DNA of 64,000 bases from an uncultured Spirochaetota bacterium (lineage in GTDB: Bacteria > Spirochaetota > Brevinematia > Brevinematales > JAOACQ01), in the NCBI GenBank assembly GCA_963783575.1, contig CAWAOD010000005.1, positions 64,001 through 128,000 on the forward strand, in the 5' to 3' direction. The position numbers and the translations under genes are program-made. The notes beneath the pieces are model-generated. The model was given only the letters and a program-made list of their open reading frames with translations. It ran no database searches and was not told where the DNA came from. Below are positions 8,923 through 19,785 of the stretch, piece by piece. Position 1 is the first letter of the stretch. Each line of letters opens with the position of its first letter.

Positions 8923-9550
8923 ATGAAAAAGATTATAGAAATTCTGGTTTCATTAATTATCATATTTACTATAAAGATTGGTTATTGCAAGACGGATTAT
9001 AAGGGCTTTATCAGTGAGGCGCCGGAGTCTCAGAATAACCGAATACATCAAAGTTATGCTGAAATCTTCGGATTATTTTACAAATTACCGTAATTATATC
9101 GAAACAAATGGATTAATATTTGACGGTACTTATGATTATATAATAAAAGATTTGTCGGTAAATAATGATTTTGCAAATTTAATTCTGAATACGCCATACC
9201 GGGGAATTCCCATTTTTTTTGAGGATTTTAAATTATTTTCAAAAATATATTCTTATTATATTTTTTACCGGCAGCTTCAGGGTAAATCCGAAGATGATTA
9301 TATTAAAAATCTGGATTTGCTTTTAATGAAATACCGTGACAGACGCAAGCAGGTTAAAACCGGCAGCGATGAGATTCGGCAGATTGACAGGGGAATAAGT
9401 TCTTTTGTTTTATTGAAAAAGAGAATGGAAGAATATAAAAATTTAAAGCGGTCCATAAAAAAGAAAGATCTGGACGCTGTGACAGCCCATGAACCTGAAT
9501 TGACAGAGATTTATCAAAGGATTATTATCACGGATGATAAAGAGCAGTGA
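8923..9550 (+). CDS. Hypothetical exported protein, probably frameshifted near 9010-9050
   Basis: ATG 8923 gives a signal-peptide-like MKKIIEILVSLIIIFTIKIGYC in a different frame from the ORF 8978..9550 body. Confidence 0.45.
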
Positions 9551-9565
9551 TAACGGTAAAAAATT

Positions 9566-9955
9566 ATGGTATTTGATTTAAAAAAGATTTGTAAAAGCTT
9601 TGTTTTTGCATTCAAAGGCATATTTCAGGCATATAAATCCGAGCAGAATTTCCGTTTTCATATAATAATAATTCCATTGGTCATAGCCGCCGGATTTTAT
9701 CTGCAATTAACCCCGGCCTCGTGGGGATTGATAATAATCTCTATTTTTTTTGTGCTTATTTCAGAATTGTGGAATACTGCAATAGAAAAGCTTTGCGACC
9801 TCACATTCGGTCTTAAGCGTGATCAGGGAATAGCGGTGGTGAAGGATATCGCAGCCGGGGCGGTTCTGCTCACCGCCGTCAACGCGGTAATTATCGGTAT
9901 AATCCTGATTGCCTGGCCGCTTATAAGAAAAGTTTCAATTTATTTTTTTAAATAA
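9566..9955 (+). CDS. dgkA: Diacylglycerol/undecaprenol kinase family protein
   Basis: SF.FAFKGI...EQNFRFH, ELWNTAIEKLCD and KDIAAGAVL. Confidence 0.9.
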   Translation: MVFDLKKICKSFVFAFKGIFQAYKSEQNFRFHIIIIPLVIAAGFYLQLTPASWGLIIISIFFVLISELWNTAIEKLCDLTFGLKRDQGIAVVKDIAAGAVLLTAVNAVIIGIILIAWPLIRKVSIYFFK

Positions 9956-9982
9956 TACTTTCAGGACAGGGTTAACTCCGGG

Positions 9983-10906
9983 TTATTTCATCAATTCATA
10001 GAGAATGGCTTTCTGGGCATGGAGCCTGTTTTCCGCCTGGTCATACACAATGGAATGCTCCCCGTCAATCACATCGGCGGCAACCTCTTCTCCCCTGTGA
10101 GCCGGCAGACAGTGCATAAAAATATAATTCTTATCCGCATTAAGTGTCAAACTGCCGTTGATTTCAAATCCCCGAAAAGCTTTTATTCTCCGGGCTGCCT
10201 CATCCTGCTGATCCATCGATGTCCATACGTCGGTATAAACGACATCCGCTTTTTCAATTGCCTGCAAAGGATTATTGGAGATATCAATTCTGCTTTTGGA
10301 TATTTTCGCATTGGCAAGTATTTTTTCCTTGATTTCCGGGTTCATTTCATAACCCTTCGGCGTGGCGATTGAGAAATCCATCCCGGTCTTGCTTGCAAGA
10401 AGGCCCAGTGAATGAGCCATATTATGCCCGTCCCCTATAAAACAAAGCTTTATGCCGGGCAGCCTGCTTTTTTTTTCTTTGATTGTCATAAAGTCCGCTA
10501 AGGCCTGGCAGGGATGAAGTAAATCGGTAAGCCCGTTTATGACCGGGATAGATGCAAACCCGGCCAATTCTTCAACATCCGCCTGCTTGAAGGTCCTGAT
10601 CATAATTCCGTCAATATACCTTGATAAAACTTTTGCAGTGTCTTTTATTGGCTCTCCTCTGCCGATCTGGATATCCCTTGAACTTAAAAATAATCCCATT
10701 CCGCCGAGTTCGTAAATTCCAGCCTCAAAAGAAATGCGGGTCCGGGTTGAAGATTTCTCAAATATCATTCCGAGCTTTCTATTTTTGAGAGATGCGGCAT
10801 ATTGCTTTTTGTCTTTTTTGATATTGGCCGCAAGTTCTATTAATGATAATAACGCTTCTTTTGAAAAGTCCTGGGTATCCAGAAAATCCTTTTTGCCTTC
10901 AATCAT
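9983..10906 (-). CDS. argF: Ornithine carbamoyltransferase
   Basis: STRTR, HPCQ, DVWTSM, FMHCLPAHRG and QAENRLH. Confidence 0.97.
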   Translation of the reverse strand: MIEGKKDFLDTQDFSKEALLSLIELAANIKKDKKQYAASLKNRKLGMIFEKSSTRTRISFEAGIYELGGMGLFLSSRDIQIGRGEPIKDTAKVLSRYIDGIMIRTFKQADVEELAGFASIPVINGLTDLLHPCQALADFMTIKEKKSRLPGIKLCFIGDGHNMAHSLGLLASKTGMDFSIATPKGYEMNPEIKEKILANAKISKSRIDISNNPLQAIEKADVVYTDVWTSMDQQDEAARRIKAFRGFEINGSLTLNADKNYIFMHCLPAHRGEEVAADVIDGEHSIVYDQAENRLHAQKAILYELMK

Positions 10907-11047
10907 ATGAAGCCTCCAATCTTATAAGCATATAGAGGAAATATTATAATTACAGAGGAATTATTTATCAAATACTTTCTCTGTTAATAAGTCCCTTAGT
11001 TACAGGTAAAAATAATATTTGTCTATTTATTAATAAAATTTGTATAA

Positions 11048-11170
11048 TGTCATTGCGAGTAGATTATTAGAATACCGCGACTGAGTTGACATACGTGGCA
11101 ATCCTCAAATTAATGAGATAGCTTTTTACTTCTTGAGATTGCTCGTACAAAATTATTTGCCCTCAATAAA
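11048..11170. repeat. Degenerate REP-like palindromic intergenic element
   Basis: gtcattgcgag...gtggcaatc...gagattgc pattern. Confidence 0.4.
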
Positions 11171-11394
11171 AATACTCTCACAATAACATTGATAAAAATA
11201 ATGATTCATTATAATTTTGAAACACTCATTTGATTTTCAAATTCCACCCGTAACTCTTGGATTACATTAATAACCGTTTTCGCCAAAAAATTACTGCATA
11301 ATGTTAAAATTCCGATAATTTAAAAAATGTCTATTATGGCGATTTTATATTATAATAATTAGCATATTTTTTTGTATTAACCGGAGGGGTTCCC

Positions 11395-12786
11395 ATGAAT
11401 GATCTGGACAAAAACAGGAAAATCTTTTTTATCGGCATAGGCGGAGTGGGAATGTCTGCGATTGCTGTTATTCTTCACAAAAGGGGATATAAAGTATCCG
11501 GCTCGGACAGGTCGGAATCTTCCACAATAAAGGATTTAATCCAGCTGGGGATTGAAGTTAAAATCGGGCATGATGCCGATAATATTAAAGATGACGTGGG
11601 ATCTGTCGTTTACACAAACGCGATCTCACCCGACAATCCTGAGTATGTGAAGGCTAAAAAAACAGGTTTGAAGATTTATGAAAGGGCAAAAATGCTGGAT
11701 ATGGTTGCCGGATCAAAGTTTGCCATTGGAGTTTCCGGAACGCATGGAAAGACGACGACAACTTCCATGGTATCAAAGATTTTCCTGAATGCGGGATACG
11801 ATCCTTCGCTTGCGGTCGGCGGTTTTTTGAAAGAAATTAACGGCTCAGGTTATGAGGGAAAAGGAAAGTATTTTATTTACGAAGCCTGCGAAGCTTTCAG
11901 TTCCTTTTTAAAGCTTCACCCGGATATTGCCATAATCACAAATATCGATGACGATCACCTTGATTATTACAAAAGCATGAGCAATATCAAAAAAGCCTTT
12001 AAAAAGTATATTTCAAGCAATATACCTCCTTATGGGATATTGATATATAACCGTGATGACGCAAATCTCAGGGGGGTTGTCGACAGGGTAAATCCCGTCC
12101 GGGTTATTTCCGTCGGAATCAATGAAAATGCAGATTATACAGCCGAAGCTATCCGCCTGGATGATTTTTCATCGTCTTTTATAGTAAAAAAAGGGAAAGA
12201 ACTGATCGGGAAATTTATTATCAATATTCCCGGAATGCATAATGTTTATAACGGGCTGCTGGCTATCGCCGCGTCTCTTGCGAACGGTATTTCCATTCAG
12301 GACATTTACAATACGCTGGCGAATTTTAAGAATGCTGACAGAAGGTTCCAGCTCAAGCTTAACATGAGCAATTTGATTGTAATCGACGATTATGCCCATC
12401 ACCCTTCGGAAATAGACGCCACATTAAAGGCGGCAAAACAGCTTTCACTAAGGAAAAATGCACAATTGATTGCGGTATTTCAGCCTCATTTATATTCCCG
12501 GACACAGCTTTTATATAAAGATTTCGCAAAATCGCTTTCGAAAGCCGATAGGATTGTTCTGATGGAAATCTATGCGGCTCGTGAAACTAATGATAACAAT
12601 ATAAGCTCGAAGATGATATACGATGAGATCGTGAAGATAAAGGGTGAAGAGAATGTTATTTATTCGAAAGATTTTAAAGATGTGCCTGAAAAAGTGAAGC
12701 TTCTGATGAATGGAAATAATATTGTTATTACCCTGGGAGCAGGTGATGTCTGGAAAGTATCGGAAATGTTTACCGGCAGTCATTAG
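11395..12786 (+). CDS. murC: UDP-N-acetylmuramate--L-alanine ligase
   Basis: GIGGVGMS, GTHGKTTTT, DDYAHHP and FQPHLYSRT. Confidence 0.96.
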   Translation: MNDLDKNRKIFFIGIGGVGMSAIAVILHKRGYKVSGSDRSESSTIKDLIQLGIEVKIGHDADNIKDDVGSVVYTNAISPDNPEYVKAKKTGLKIYERAKMLDMVAGSKFAIGVSGTHGKTTTTSMVSKIFLNAGYDPSLAVGGFLKEINGSGYEGKGKYFIYEACEAFSSFLKLHPDIAIITNIDDDHLDYYKSMSNIKKAFKKYISSNIPPYGILIYNRDDANLRGVVDRVNPVRVISVGINENADYTAEAIRLDDFSSSFIVKKGKELIGKFIINIPGMHNVYNGLLAIAASLANGISIQDIYNTLANFKNADRRFQLKLNMSNLIVIDDYAHHPSEIDATLKAAKQLSLRKNAQLIAVFQPHLYSRTQLLYKDFAKSLSKADRIVLMEIYAARETNDNNISSKMIYDEIVKIKGEENVIYSKDFKDVPEKVKLLMNGNNIVITLGAGDVWKVSEMFTGSH

Positions 12787-13444
12787 TATCTGTATTTTTC
12801 TTTTTTTTCCGGCTTTTGTCCATTCGGAAGATAACTCATTAGGCGGCCAATTAAGCAACTGGTTCTCTTTTCTTTTCAATAATCAGCAGAACCCGGTAAA
12901 AGTAACAGCAGTAAAACCCAACAAAACCGAAAATACCAAAGAAAAGATTATGATAAACGGATTTACCCCTGGAATATTAAACGGAAACGTTTTGCTCGGG
13001 CTGAGGGCTAAGGCGGTTGCCGACCTTTATTTTAGACAGGCGGATTATTCCCAGGCTTTAAAGTACTATGAACAGGCATCACGCCACATAACAAATGAGG
13101 CTGATATTTATTATAACCTGGGTAACATTTACGCATATGAAAAAGTCTATAATATGGCTCAAAGCTACTATTTGATTGCCGCTTCAAAATACAGGCTCCC
13201 CGAAAATTTCGGTAAAACTCAGAAATATTATTATCTGTCAATGATCCGCTACGGGTTCTCGCTTGAAAAAACCAGGCAGATTGATGATAATCACAAAAAA
13301 GCACTGGATGTTGCCGATTCTTTAAATGATAAAAAGAATGAGATGAAGCAGAATTACCCTGAAATATTTGAGGAATTTGATCAGTTTTACCGGATAGTTT
13401 ATGGTAGTGTAATGATTCAGAATATCACAAATACAAATCAATAA
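12710..13444 (+). CDS. Exported TPR-repeat protein (start likely near 12746)
   Basis: Signal-like N-terminus; TPR YYNLGNIY pattern. Confidence 0.7.
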   Translation: MEIILLLPWEQVMSGKYRKCLPAVISICIFLFFPAFVHSEDNSLGGQLSNWFSFLFNNQQNPVKVTAVKPNKTENTKEKIMINGFTPGILNGNVLLGLRAKAVADLYFRQADYSQALKYYEQASRHITNEADIYYNLGNIYAYEKVYNMAQSYYLIAASKYRLPENFGKTQKYYYLSMIRYGFSLEKTRQIDDNHKKALDVADSLNDKKNEMKQNYPEIFEEFDQFYRIVYGSVMIQNITNTNQ

Positions 13445-13466
13445 CATCTACCAGATTTTTTTAAAT

Positions 13467-14624
13467 CTACCAGATCTTATCAACGCTTGTTCCATGGTAA
13501 AAATAAGTCACAATGTCCTTATATTGATATCCCTGGCTTGCCATTCCAAAAGCGTCCCATTGTCCCATTCCCACGCCATGACCGTAACCTACGCCGGAAA
13601 TTAATACAAAATCGTTTGAAATATGGATGTTTGCCCTTGTGCTTTTCATAGATTGCGGGCCGACTATATTTCTGAAATCCTGTCCGGATATACGGATTTT
13701 ATTACTCAATTGATCATCTATCTCTATGGTTTTAATCCGTTTTGAAATTGTTCTGACAGGAACGCTTATTTTTATAATTGAGTTTGTTAATTTTAATTCT
13801 TCCTCCAGCTTCTTTAATGTTATGGCGATGTCCCATTTATTTTCTTTATAATAAGTGGAATATGGTGATGGTACCGGCGTTAAATAAGGTTTATCATCAT
13901 TAAATACCTCTCTGGATGATTCCGTCATTCCGCCGCTTGAAGCATGAAAAAATGACTGAATTATCCTGCCCTGGTATTTTAAAACCTCGCCGATGGTTGA
14001 ATAGATGGCCAGCGAAGTAAGCTCCGTTTCATTTTCAATACCGTTATATACCTGCGATCTTGTGTCGCTGTATAGATCAAATTCTTTATTGCTTTTTCTT
14101 GAGTTAGCGACCTCATAAAGCGCATAAGTTCTGGAAACAACGGCCTGGGCTTTCAAAGCCTGCAGATTCCAGCCTGTCGGAACCTCGTTGGGAAGTACCC
14201 CATGCAGATATGTTTCAATATCTATGATATTTATCAGCATCAGGCCTTTTTGAGTTTTTATAACGCTGGCATTTCCGGCATATTTTTTCCCCTGGAATTC
14301 AAAATACCGGGCCGGATAAATTTCTATGCTGTCTACTTCAGCGCAGACGCCATTTAATTCCATACGGTTGCTTATAAATGAAATATACAAAGGGCCATCA
14401 CCAACCTCTTTCCTGGAATTAACCGACAGAATATAGTTTTTAAAAGGTTTAATCTGAATTTCGTTGCCTTCGTATAACTGGACTTTAATCAAGGGTGAAG
14501 CCTGGTTCATCGGCTTACTGATGCTGCCGCAGCCTGATATGATCAATACTGAAACTGAAAAAATGAAAATTACGGCCAAACTCTTAACAATCATAAAATG
14601 CCTCTTGAAGACCTGAAAATACAT
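13467..14624 (-). CDS. SpoIID/LytB-domain lytic transglycosylase, lipoprotein-like
   Basis: YLHGVLPNEV...ALKAQAVVSRTYA, QVY.G and GYGHGVGMGQWDA. Confidence 0.92.
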   Translation of the reverse strand: MYFQVFKRHFMIVKSLAVIFIFSVSVLIISGCGSISKPMNQASPLIKVQLYEGNEIQIKPFKNYILSVNSRKEVGDGPLYISFISNRMELNGVCAEVDSIEIYPARYFEFQGKKYAGNASVIKTQKGLMLINIIDIETYLHGVLPNEVPTGWNLQALKAQAVVSRTYALYEVANSRKSNKEFDLYSDTRSQVYNGIENETELTSLAIYSTIGEVLKYQGRIIQSFFHASSGGMTESSREVFNDDKPYLTPVPSPYSTYYKENKWDIAITLKKLEEELKLTNSIIKISVPVRTISKRIKTIEIDDQLSNKIRISGQDFRNIVGPQSMKSTRANIHISNDFVLISGVGYGHGVGMGQWDAFGMASQGYQYKDIVTYFYHGTSVDKIW

Positions 14625-14676
14625 TTAAAATTCACAGATCCCGGTTATGATTATCGGAAGAGTTTTAAAAAACTTT

Positions 14677-15273
14677 TCAGTTAATGATAGATTTCATTAT
14701 TGCATCTATTTGTAAGTTGAGTTCATCGATTTGTCCATCGTTGACTAAAATAAAATCGCATTTTGACTTTAATTCGTCAAATTTTTCCTGGATCTTAATT
14801 ACATTTCGGGCTTTTTCTTCAGTCCACTTTTTTGAATTTATTGTTCTCTGAATTGCTTGATTTTCTTTTGAGTCAATATATATTGTAAAATCACAGAGAA
14901 TATTTAATTCCATCTGAAACAGCAGGGCCGCGTCAATAATAAAATTTTTATCGCCTGCTTTATTATTGATATATCCGGCAATTTCATTTTTCATGATAGG
15001 ATGAACGATGGAATTGAGGTCTGTAAGCTTTTCCTCATCGAAAAATACTATATTTCCCAATTTGACCCTGTCAATTTTACCTTCTGGATCAAGAATAACT
15101 TTTCCGAATTCTTTAACCAACATGTTTTTTGCCGTTTCCTGAGCGAGGTGTCCAATACTGTCGGCATCAATTCTTTCAAAATCGTATCTGTCCTTAAAGA
15201 TACCGGCAACGGTAGATTTTCCGCTTCCTATTTTTCCTGTGACGCCGATTACCAATTTATTGATGTTTTTCAT
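14677..15273 (-). CDS. coaE: Dephospho-CoA kinase
   Basis: GVTGKIGSGKST, IDAD, LNSIVHP and DAALLF. Confidence 0.92.
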   Translation of the reverse strand: MKNINKLVIGVTGKIGSGKSTVAGIFKDRYDFERIDADSIGHLAQETAKNMLVKEFGKVILDPEGKIDRVKLGNIVFFDEEKLTDLNSIVHPIMKNEIAGYINNKAGDKNFIIDAALLFQMELNILCDFTIYIDSKENQAIQRTINSKKWTEEKARNVIKIQEKFDELKSKCDFILVNDGQIDELNLQIDAIMKSIIN

Positions 15274-15276
15274 AGC

Positions 15277-15654
15277 TTAATTCCTTTCATTTTTAAATTC
15301 CCTGGCCAATGTACGCCGGATTGATGATACACTTTTATTCTTGTAAAGAAGAACAAGAAATCTTTTGACAACGTCATCGCGATGAATAAAACCGCATCCG
15401 CTGCAGTCCCAAACTCGCTTTCCGTTTTTCGTCCTTATCCATTTTCCATTACCGGGTCTGTTTCCGCAGGGATAAAACGGGCAGTAGCAGAAAAGACAAT
15501 TCAGCTCATCCTGAATTTGCGTAGATTTACCATCTTTACCGTAGAATTCAAGCGGAAGCCTGTGGCAAGGGTAAAAGGAACAGTTTTTATAACGCTGATT
15601 GCGGTTTGTAAAATCGAGCTGAACATTAAAATGTTTATTCTCACTTTTAATCAT
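15277..15654 (-). CDS. Cysteine-rich small domain (zinc-finger-like) protein
   Basis: CSFYPCH...CLFCYCPFYPC...VWDCSGC..IH. Confidence 0.8.
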   Translation of the reverse strand: MIKSENKHFNVQLDFTNRNQRYKNCSFYPCHRLPLEFYGKDGKSTQIQDELNCLFCYCPFYPCGNRPGNGKWIRTKNGKRVWDCSGCGFIHRDDVVKRFLVLLYKNKSVSSIRRTLAREFKNERN

Positions 15655-15911
15655 ATAATTACCTGATAATAATTATAAATTCGGCGAAAAGTAAAATTAT
15701 AGACAAAAACTTCATCAATATTTAAACATATTATAGTTGAAATGCGGATTATAATCAAAAGGAAATATCAATAAATAAATATAACAATAATAATGTGCCG
15801 TTTTCAAGATATAATTGAGTATAATGCCTTATCATTTCTTCAATAGATTTTTAAAGATTGGGATAAGCTCAATGCAGTATTTTATAATTAATGAAGCCAG
15901 TTTTGATTTGT

Positions 15912-16667
15912 CTATTCGTCTATTTCATTTATGAATTCATCAATAAACTTTTTCATTCTTTCAAAATGCGAACCTTTCCAGAAAACTTTACCGCATACAG
16001 CGCATTTTACAAATTTAAAGTAATATTTTCTGGTATCAGGCAATAAGAAATCATCGACTTCATTTTTATTGACTTCAATTAAATTCCCATTGCAGACAAG
16101 GCACCTGGTAAAAGACCTGATCAGATTGATAAGGCTGAAGCGAAGGACAACTTCTTTTAGCTGTTCTTCGGGAATCTGAGATCTGAGCCAGTAGCCATGA
16201 TCAACTTTTTTGTTTTTGAGAAGGCCTTTGTCACGTGTGAGGATGATTCTTTTTTCAGCATGTGCCGTATTTATTATATCCAGGTCTTCATAATCCCTGC
16301 CGTATAAAGAATCAAATCCGAAAATTCTGAGATATTTGCATAATTTTCCTATGTGGGTATCGAGTATAAATTTTATTACTCTTAAGGGTTCCGGCCTTAA
16401 ATGAGATATCGGCGAAATGTCAAGGCTTTCGAAAACTGGATAAACAGAAATTCTGTCCCCTGCTTCAAGATTGTAGCCGAAATTGACCGGATTGCTGTTA
16501 GCAAGTATAAGGTCAACTTCAGTGTGCGGTATTCCTATGGCTTCAATTACATCTTTAATCGACGGGCTTCCGTTAAACCGGTAAATAAATTCTTTTTTTT
16601 GTTTTTCCTGAGGCAGAAAATCGTTAAGTTCCTCATAAAAACGAAAATACGCGATGTTTTGATCCAT
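15912..16667 (-). CDS. Mut7-C RNase domain protein with N-terminal ubiquitin-like domain
   Basis: FRFYEELNDFL, GIPHTEVD, GKLCKYLRIFGFD, RCLVCN and C..CGKVFWKGSH. Confidence 0.9.
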   Translation of the reverse strand: MDQNIAYFRFYEELNDFLPQEKQKKEFIYRFNGSPSIKDVIEAIGIPHTEVDLILANSNPVNFGYNLEAGDRISVYPVFESLDISPISHLRPEPLRVIKFILDTHIGKLCKYLRIFGFDSLYGRDYEDLDIINTAHAEKRIILTRDKGLLKNKKVDHGYWLRSQIPEEQLKEVVLRFSLINLIRSFTRCLVCNGNLIEVNKNEVDDFLLPDTRKYYFKFVKCAVCGKVFWKGSHFERMKKFIDEFINEIDE

Positions 16668-17424
16668 TTTTAACTCTTGGTAAATTATTATTAAGCTTTG
16701 ATTTAAGAAAATGCTAAACCTAAATATTTCAGCGGTTTGACAGAGCCTGCACTGAGGAATCGAATGTGCTCACCGCATCGCTTAAAACTTTGTAACTTTA
16801 AACTTTCAACTTATAATTATAAATATTTGATCAATTTAGGGAATTATCTAATAATATTAAGTATAGTGGATATTTCAGTGAATACCACTTTTCAAAACAA
16901 AAACAATTCCAATATTATTGTAATCCAAGTGGCAGTTTTCGTCCAGAATCTTAAAATTAGTTTGAAAGATATACATTTTAATTTGCTTGACACATCTCCA
17001 TCGGGATAGCTTGACAAAATGGTGAGGGAGATTATTTTCGTACTTTTTTCGTGTACATTTTTAATATGAGTCAACGAAACGTTTTTGAGTACTTTAATTA
17101 TTAAGCAATTCGTTTAATTGAAATCCCTTCAAAATTCATTTATAATTTAAGAGTTAGGTTTTGATCTTATGCAATACAAATGATCATTTTTATTATATTA
17201 GTGCTTAATTATCCATATTAATTCCGGAGATAACCGCATATGGAACATAATACAAAACCTCAATTTTCAATAAATGAAATCATACAAATAATTAAAGCCG
17301 AAGCGGAGAAAAAGAGATCGATGACTTTTCATTGATCGGACATTCACCGGAGTGGAAAAGAGGAGATTTTATGTTTATTCTTTCTAAATTCAAATAATAA
17401 CTGAAAATAAAAAATGGAGTTTTT

Positions 17425-18066
17425 ATGAAAATTATATCAATTCAATCATTATCAATATCTGAAATCAAGGTTATTCGTTTTGCCCGTTTCTGCGACCAGA
17501 GAGGATATTTTACCGAGCACTTCCGCAGAAGCGATTTGAAAAATCATTTGGATTGTAAAGATTTTATGAAAAAGGTTGAGTTCTTGCAGTTCAATGAAAG
17601 TTATTCAAAAGCAGGTGTAATGCGTGGGCTTCATTTCCAGTGGAACCCGTTTATGGGCAAACTTGTCAGAACATTATACGGGCATATGATCGACATATTT
17701 CTTGATATCCGAAAAGGCTCACCGACTTTCGGCAAAGCCGCGATGTACGATATGCCGATAAGCCAGTCTCAGGATTATAGTGAATGGATATGGATTCCGC
17801 CCGGATTTGCCCATGGCAATTTCTTTACGGAAGACAGTATGATTGAATATTTATGCTCCGGTGAGTACAGCCAGGGGTGTGAAGCCGGAATATCTCCTCT
17901 TGCTGCTGATATAGACTGGTCACTTTGCGATAAAGAATTAAAAGCAAGCTTCGCTAGATTAATCGAAAATCAACTGATCATTACCGACAAAGACAGAAAC
18001 GGCTTTAATCTTGCGAATTGGGTCAATGACAGCCGGTCGGATAATTTTATATATGGAAAATGTTAA
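17425..18066 (+). CDS. rfbC: dTDP-4-dehydrorhamnose 3,5-epimerase family
   Basis: DQRGYF, RGLHFQ, DIRKGSPTFG and WIPPGFAHG. Confidence 0.9.
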   Translation: MKIISIQSLSISEIKVIRFARFCDQRGYFTEHFRRSDLKNHLDCKDFMKKVEFLQFNESYSKAGVMRGLHFQWNPFMGKLVRTLYGHMIDIFLDIRKGSPTFGKAAMYDMPISQSQDYSEWIWIPPGFAHGNFFTEDSMIEYLCSGEYSQGCEAGISPLAADIDWSLCDKELKASFARLIENQLIITDKDRNGFNLANWVNDSRSDNFIYGKC

Positions 18067-18797
18067 ACGGAGGAAAAATGCTGGATCAAAAAACAACCTT
18101 ATACACCGGTGGCAAAGGCCTTTTAGGGAGCGAATTCAGGAAACAGCTGCCGGATGTCAAATATGTTGATATTGAAGAATTCAATATTATAAATTATGAT
18201 GAAATCGATAAGTATTTTTCAGATAAGGATTTCAAACAAGTAATTCATGCCGCAGCTTTTACTTCGCCTCCAAGATGCGATCAGGAGCCGGAAAAAGCCA
18301 TTGATGTCAACATTATCGGTACTTCAAATATGGTTAAGATCTGCAGGAAATATAATATAAAGCTGGTCTACATATGTACCGATTATGTTTTCAAAGGTGA
18401 TAAAGGAAACTATAGTGAAGAAGACCCGGTTTACCCGGTTAATAAATACGCATGGTCCAAGCTTGGCGGCGAGTGCGCGGTCCGGATGTACGATAATTCC
18501 CTGATAATCAGGACCACTTTCGGCCCGAATGTTTTTCCTTATGAAAAGGCTTTTGTGGATCAATGGACATCAAGGGAAAGTGTAAAATCCATTGTCGGAA
18601 GGATAATAAAAGTTTTGGACAAAGACATAGCCGGGACAATTCATGTCGGCGGCAGCAGGAAGACTGTATACCAGTACGCAAAAAGTCTTGATATGTCGAA
18701 GTATATAAAAGAATTGTCAATTCATGATGTGAATTTTAAGGTGCCTGTTGATACATCTTTAAATATCGATAAGTATGAAAGAATTATAAAAAAGTGA
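18060..18797 (+). CDS. rfbD: dTDP-4-dehydrorhamnose reductase family
   Basis: TGGKGLLG, HAAAFT, TDYVFKG and YAWSK. Confidence 0.8.
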   Translation: MLNGGKMLDQKTTLYTGGKGLLGSEFRKQLPDVKYVDIEEFNIINYDEIDKYFSDKDFKQVIHAAAFTSPPRCDQEPEKAIDVNIIGTSNMVKICRKYNIKLVYICTDYVFKGDKGNYSEEDPVYPVNKYAWSKLGGECAVRMYDNSLIIRTTFGPNVFPYEKAFVDQWTSRESVKSIVGRIIKVLDKDIAGTIHVGGSRKTVYQYAKSLDMSKYIKELSIHDVNFKVPVDTSLNIDKYERIIKK

Positions 18798-18812
18798 TCT
18801 TGTGAGGATTTT

Positions 18813-19766
18813 ATGAAGATTTTAGTTGCGGGAGGAGCCGGTTATATCGGTTCAAAACTGGTTCCGGTTTTGGCGGATCATGGCTATGATGTGGATGTCA
18901 TCGATGCTTTATGGTTTGGGAACCATCTTCCTTCTGATATTAAGGTTGTAAAAAAGGATTTATTTGATTGCAATGAAGAAGATTTTAAAGGCTATGAACA
19001 GTTTGTTTTTCTGGCCGGTTTATCGAATGATCCGATGGCCGAATTTAGCCCGTCGACGAATTTTATTTCAAACGGCGCTTTACCTTCATATTTAGCTTTT
19101 ATTGCAAAGAAAGCCGGCGTCAGAAAGTTTATATATGCCTCATCCTGTTCGGTATACGGTTATACCGTCGATAAATTGTATGATGAGGAATCACCCGTTA
19201 CATGCGGATATCCCTATGGAATTTCAAAGCTTCAGGGTGAAAGGGGAGTGTTCCAGCTTCAGGATGAAAATTTCTCGGTTATTTCATTAAGGCAGGGCAC
19301 GATATGCGGATATAGCCCCCGAATGCGGATGGATTTGATTGTTAATACTATGTTCAAGACAGCAATGAAAGAGGGAAAAGTAGTTGTAAATAATGCGTCT
19401 ATATGGCGGCCTATTTATGATATCCGCGATGCCGTAAAAGGTTTTGTCCGGGCCATACAGGCAAATTATTCCATCAGCGGAGTATTCAATGTTTCATCAG
19501 GCAACTATACGGTCGGCCAGGTCGGGGATTATGTCAAAGAAGAAGTTGAATTATTGACGGGCAATAAAATAAAACTGGAAATAAAGAATGTTCAGGATTT
19601 TAGGAATTACAAAGTATCGATTGAAAAGGCTAGAACTGAGCTTGGTTTTGAACCGCAATATTCGATCAAAGATATTATCATAGATCTGGTAGATCATAAG
19701 GATGAATTCGGCGATTTTGAAGATGATTTATTTTATAATATCAGAGTTTTTAAAAAAATGAAATAA
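18813..19766 (+). CDS. NAD-dependent epimerase/dehydratase (extended SDR)
   Basis: GGAGYIG, ASSCSVYG and YGISK. Confidence 0.88.
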   Translation: MKILVAGGAGYIGSKLVPVLADHGYDVDVIDALWFGNHLPSDIKVVKKDLFDCNEEDFKGYEQFVFLAGLSNDPMAEFSPSTNFISNGALPSYLAFIAKKAGVRKFIYASSCSVYGYTVDKLYDEESPVTCGYPYGISKLQGERGVFQLQDENFSVISLRQGTICGYSPRMRMDLIVNTMFKTAMKEGKVVVNNASIWRPIYDIRDAVKGFVRAIQANYSISGVFNVSSGNYTVGQVGDYVKEEVELLTGNKIKLEIKNVQDFRNYKVSIEKARTELGFEPQYSIKDIIIDLVDHKDEFGDFEDDLFYNIRVFKKMK

Positions 19767-19785
19767 AATCAAATTTTCCAGGTGA

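Noticed and set aside
16735..16790. Possible REP-like remnant (ttgacagagcctgcactgag...ctcaccgc)
   Set aside because: It is too degenerate to support from this window alone.
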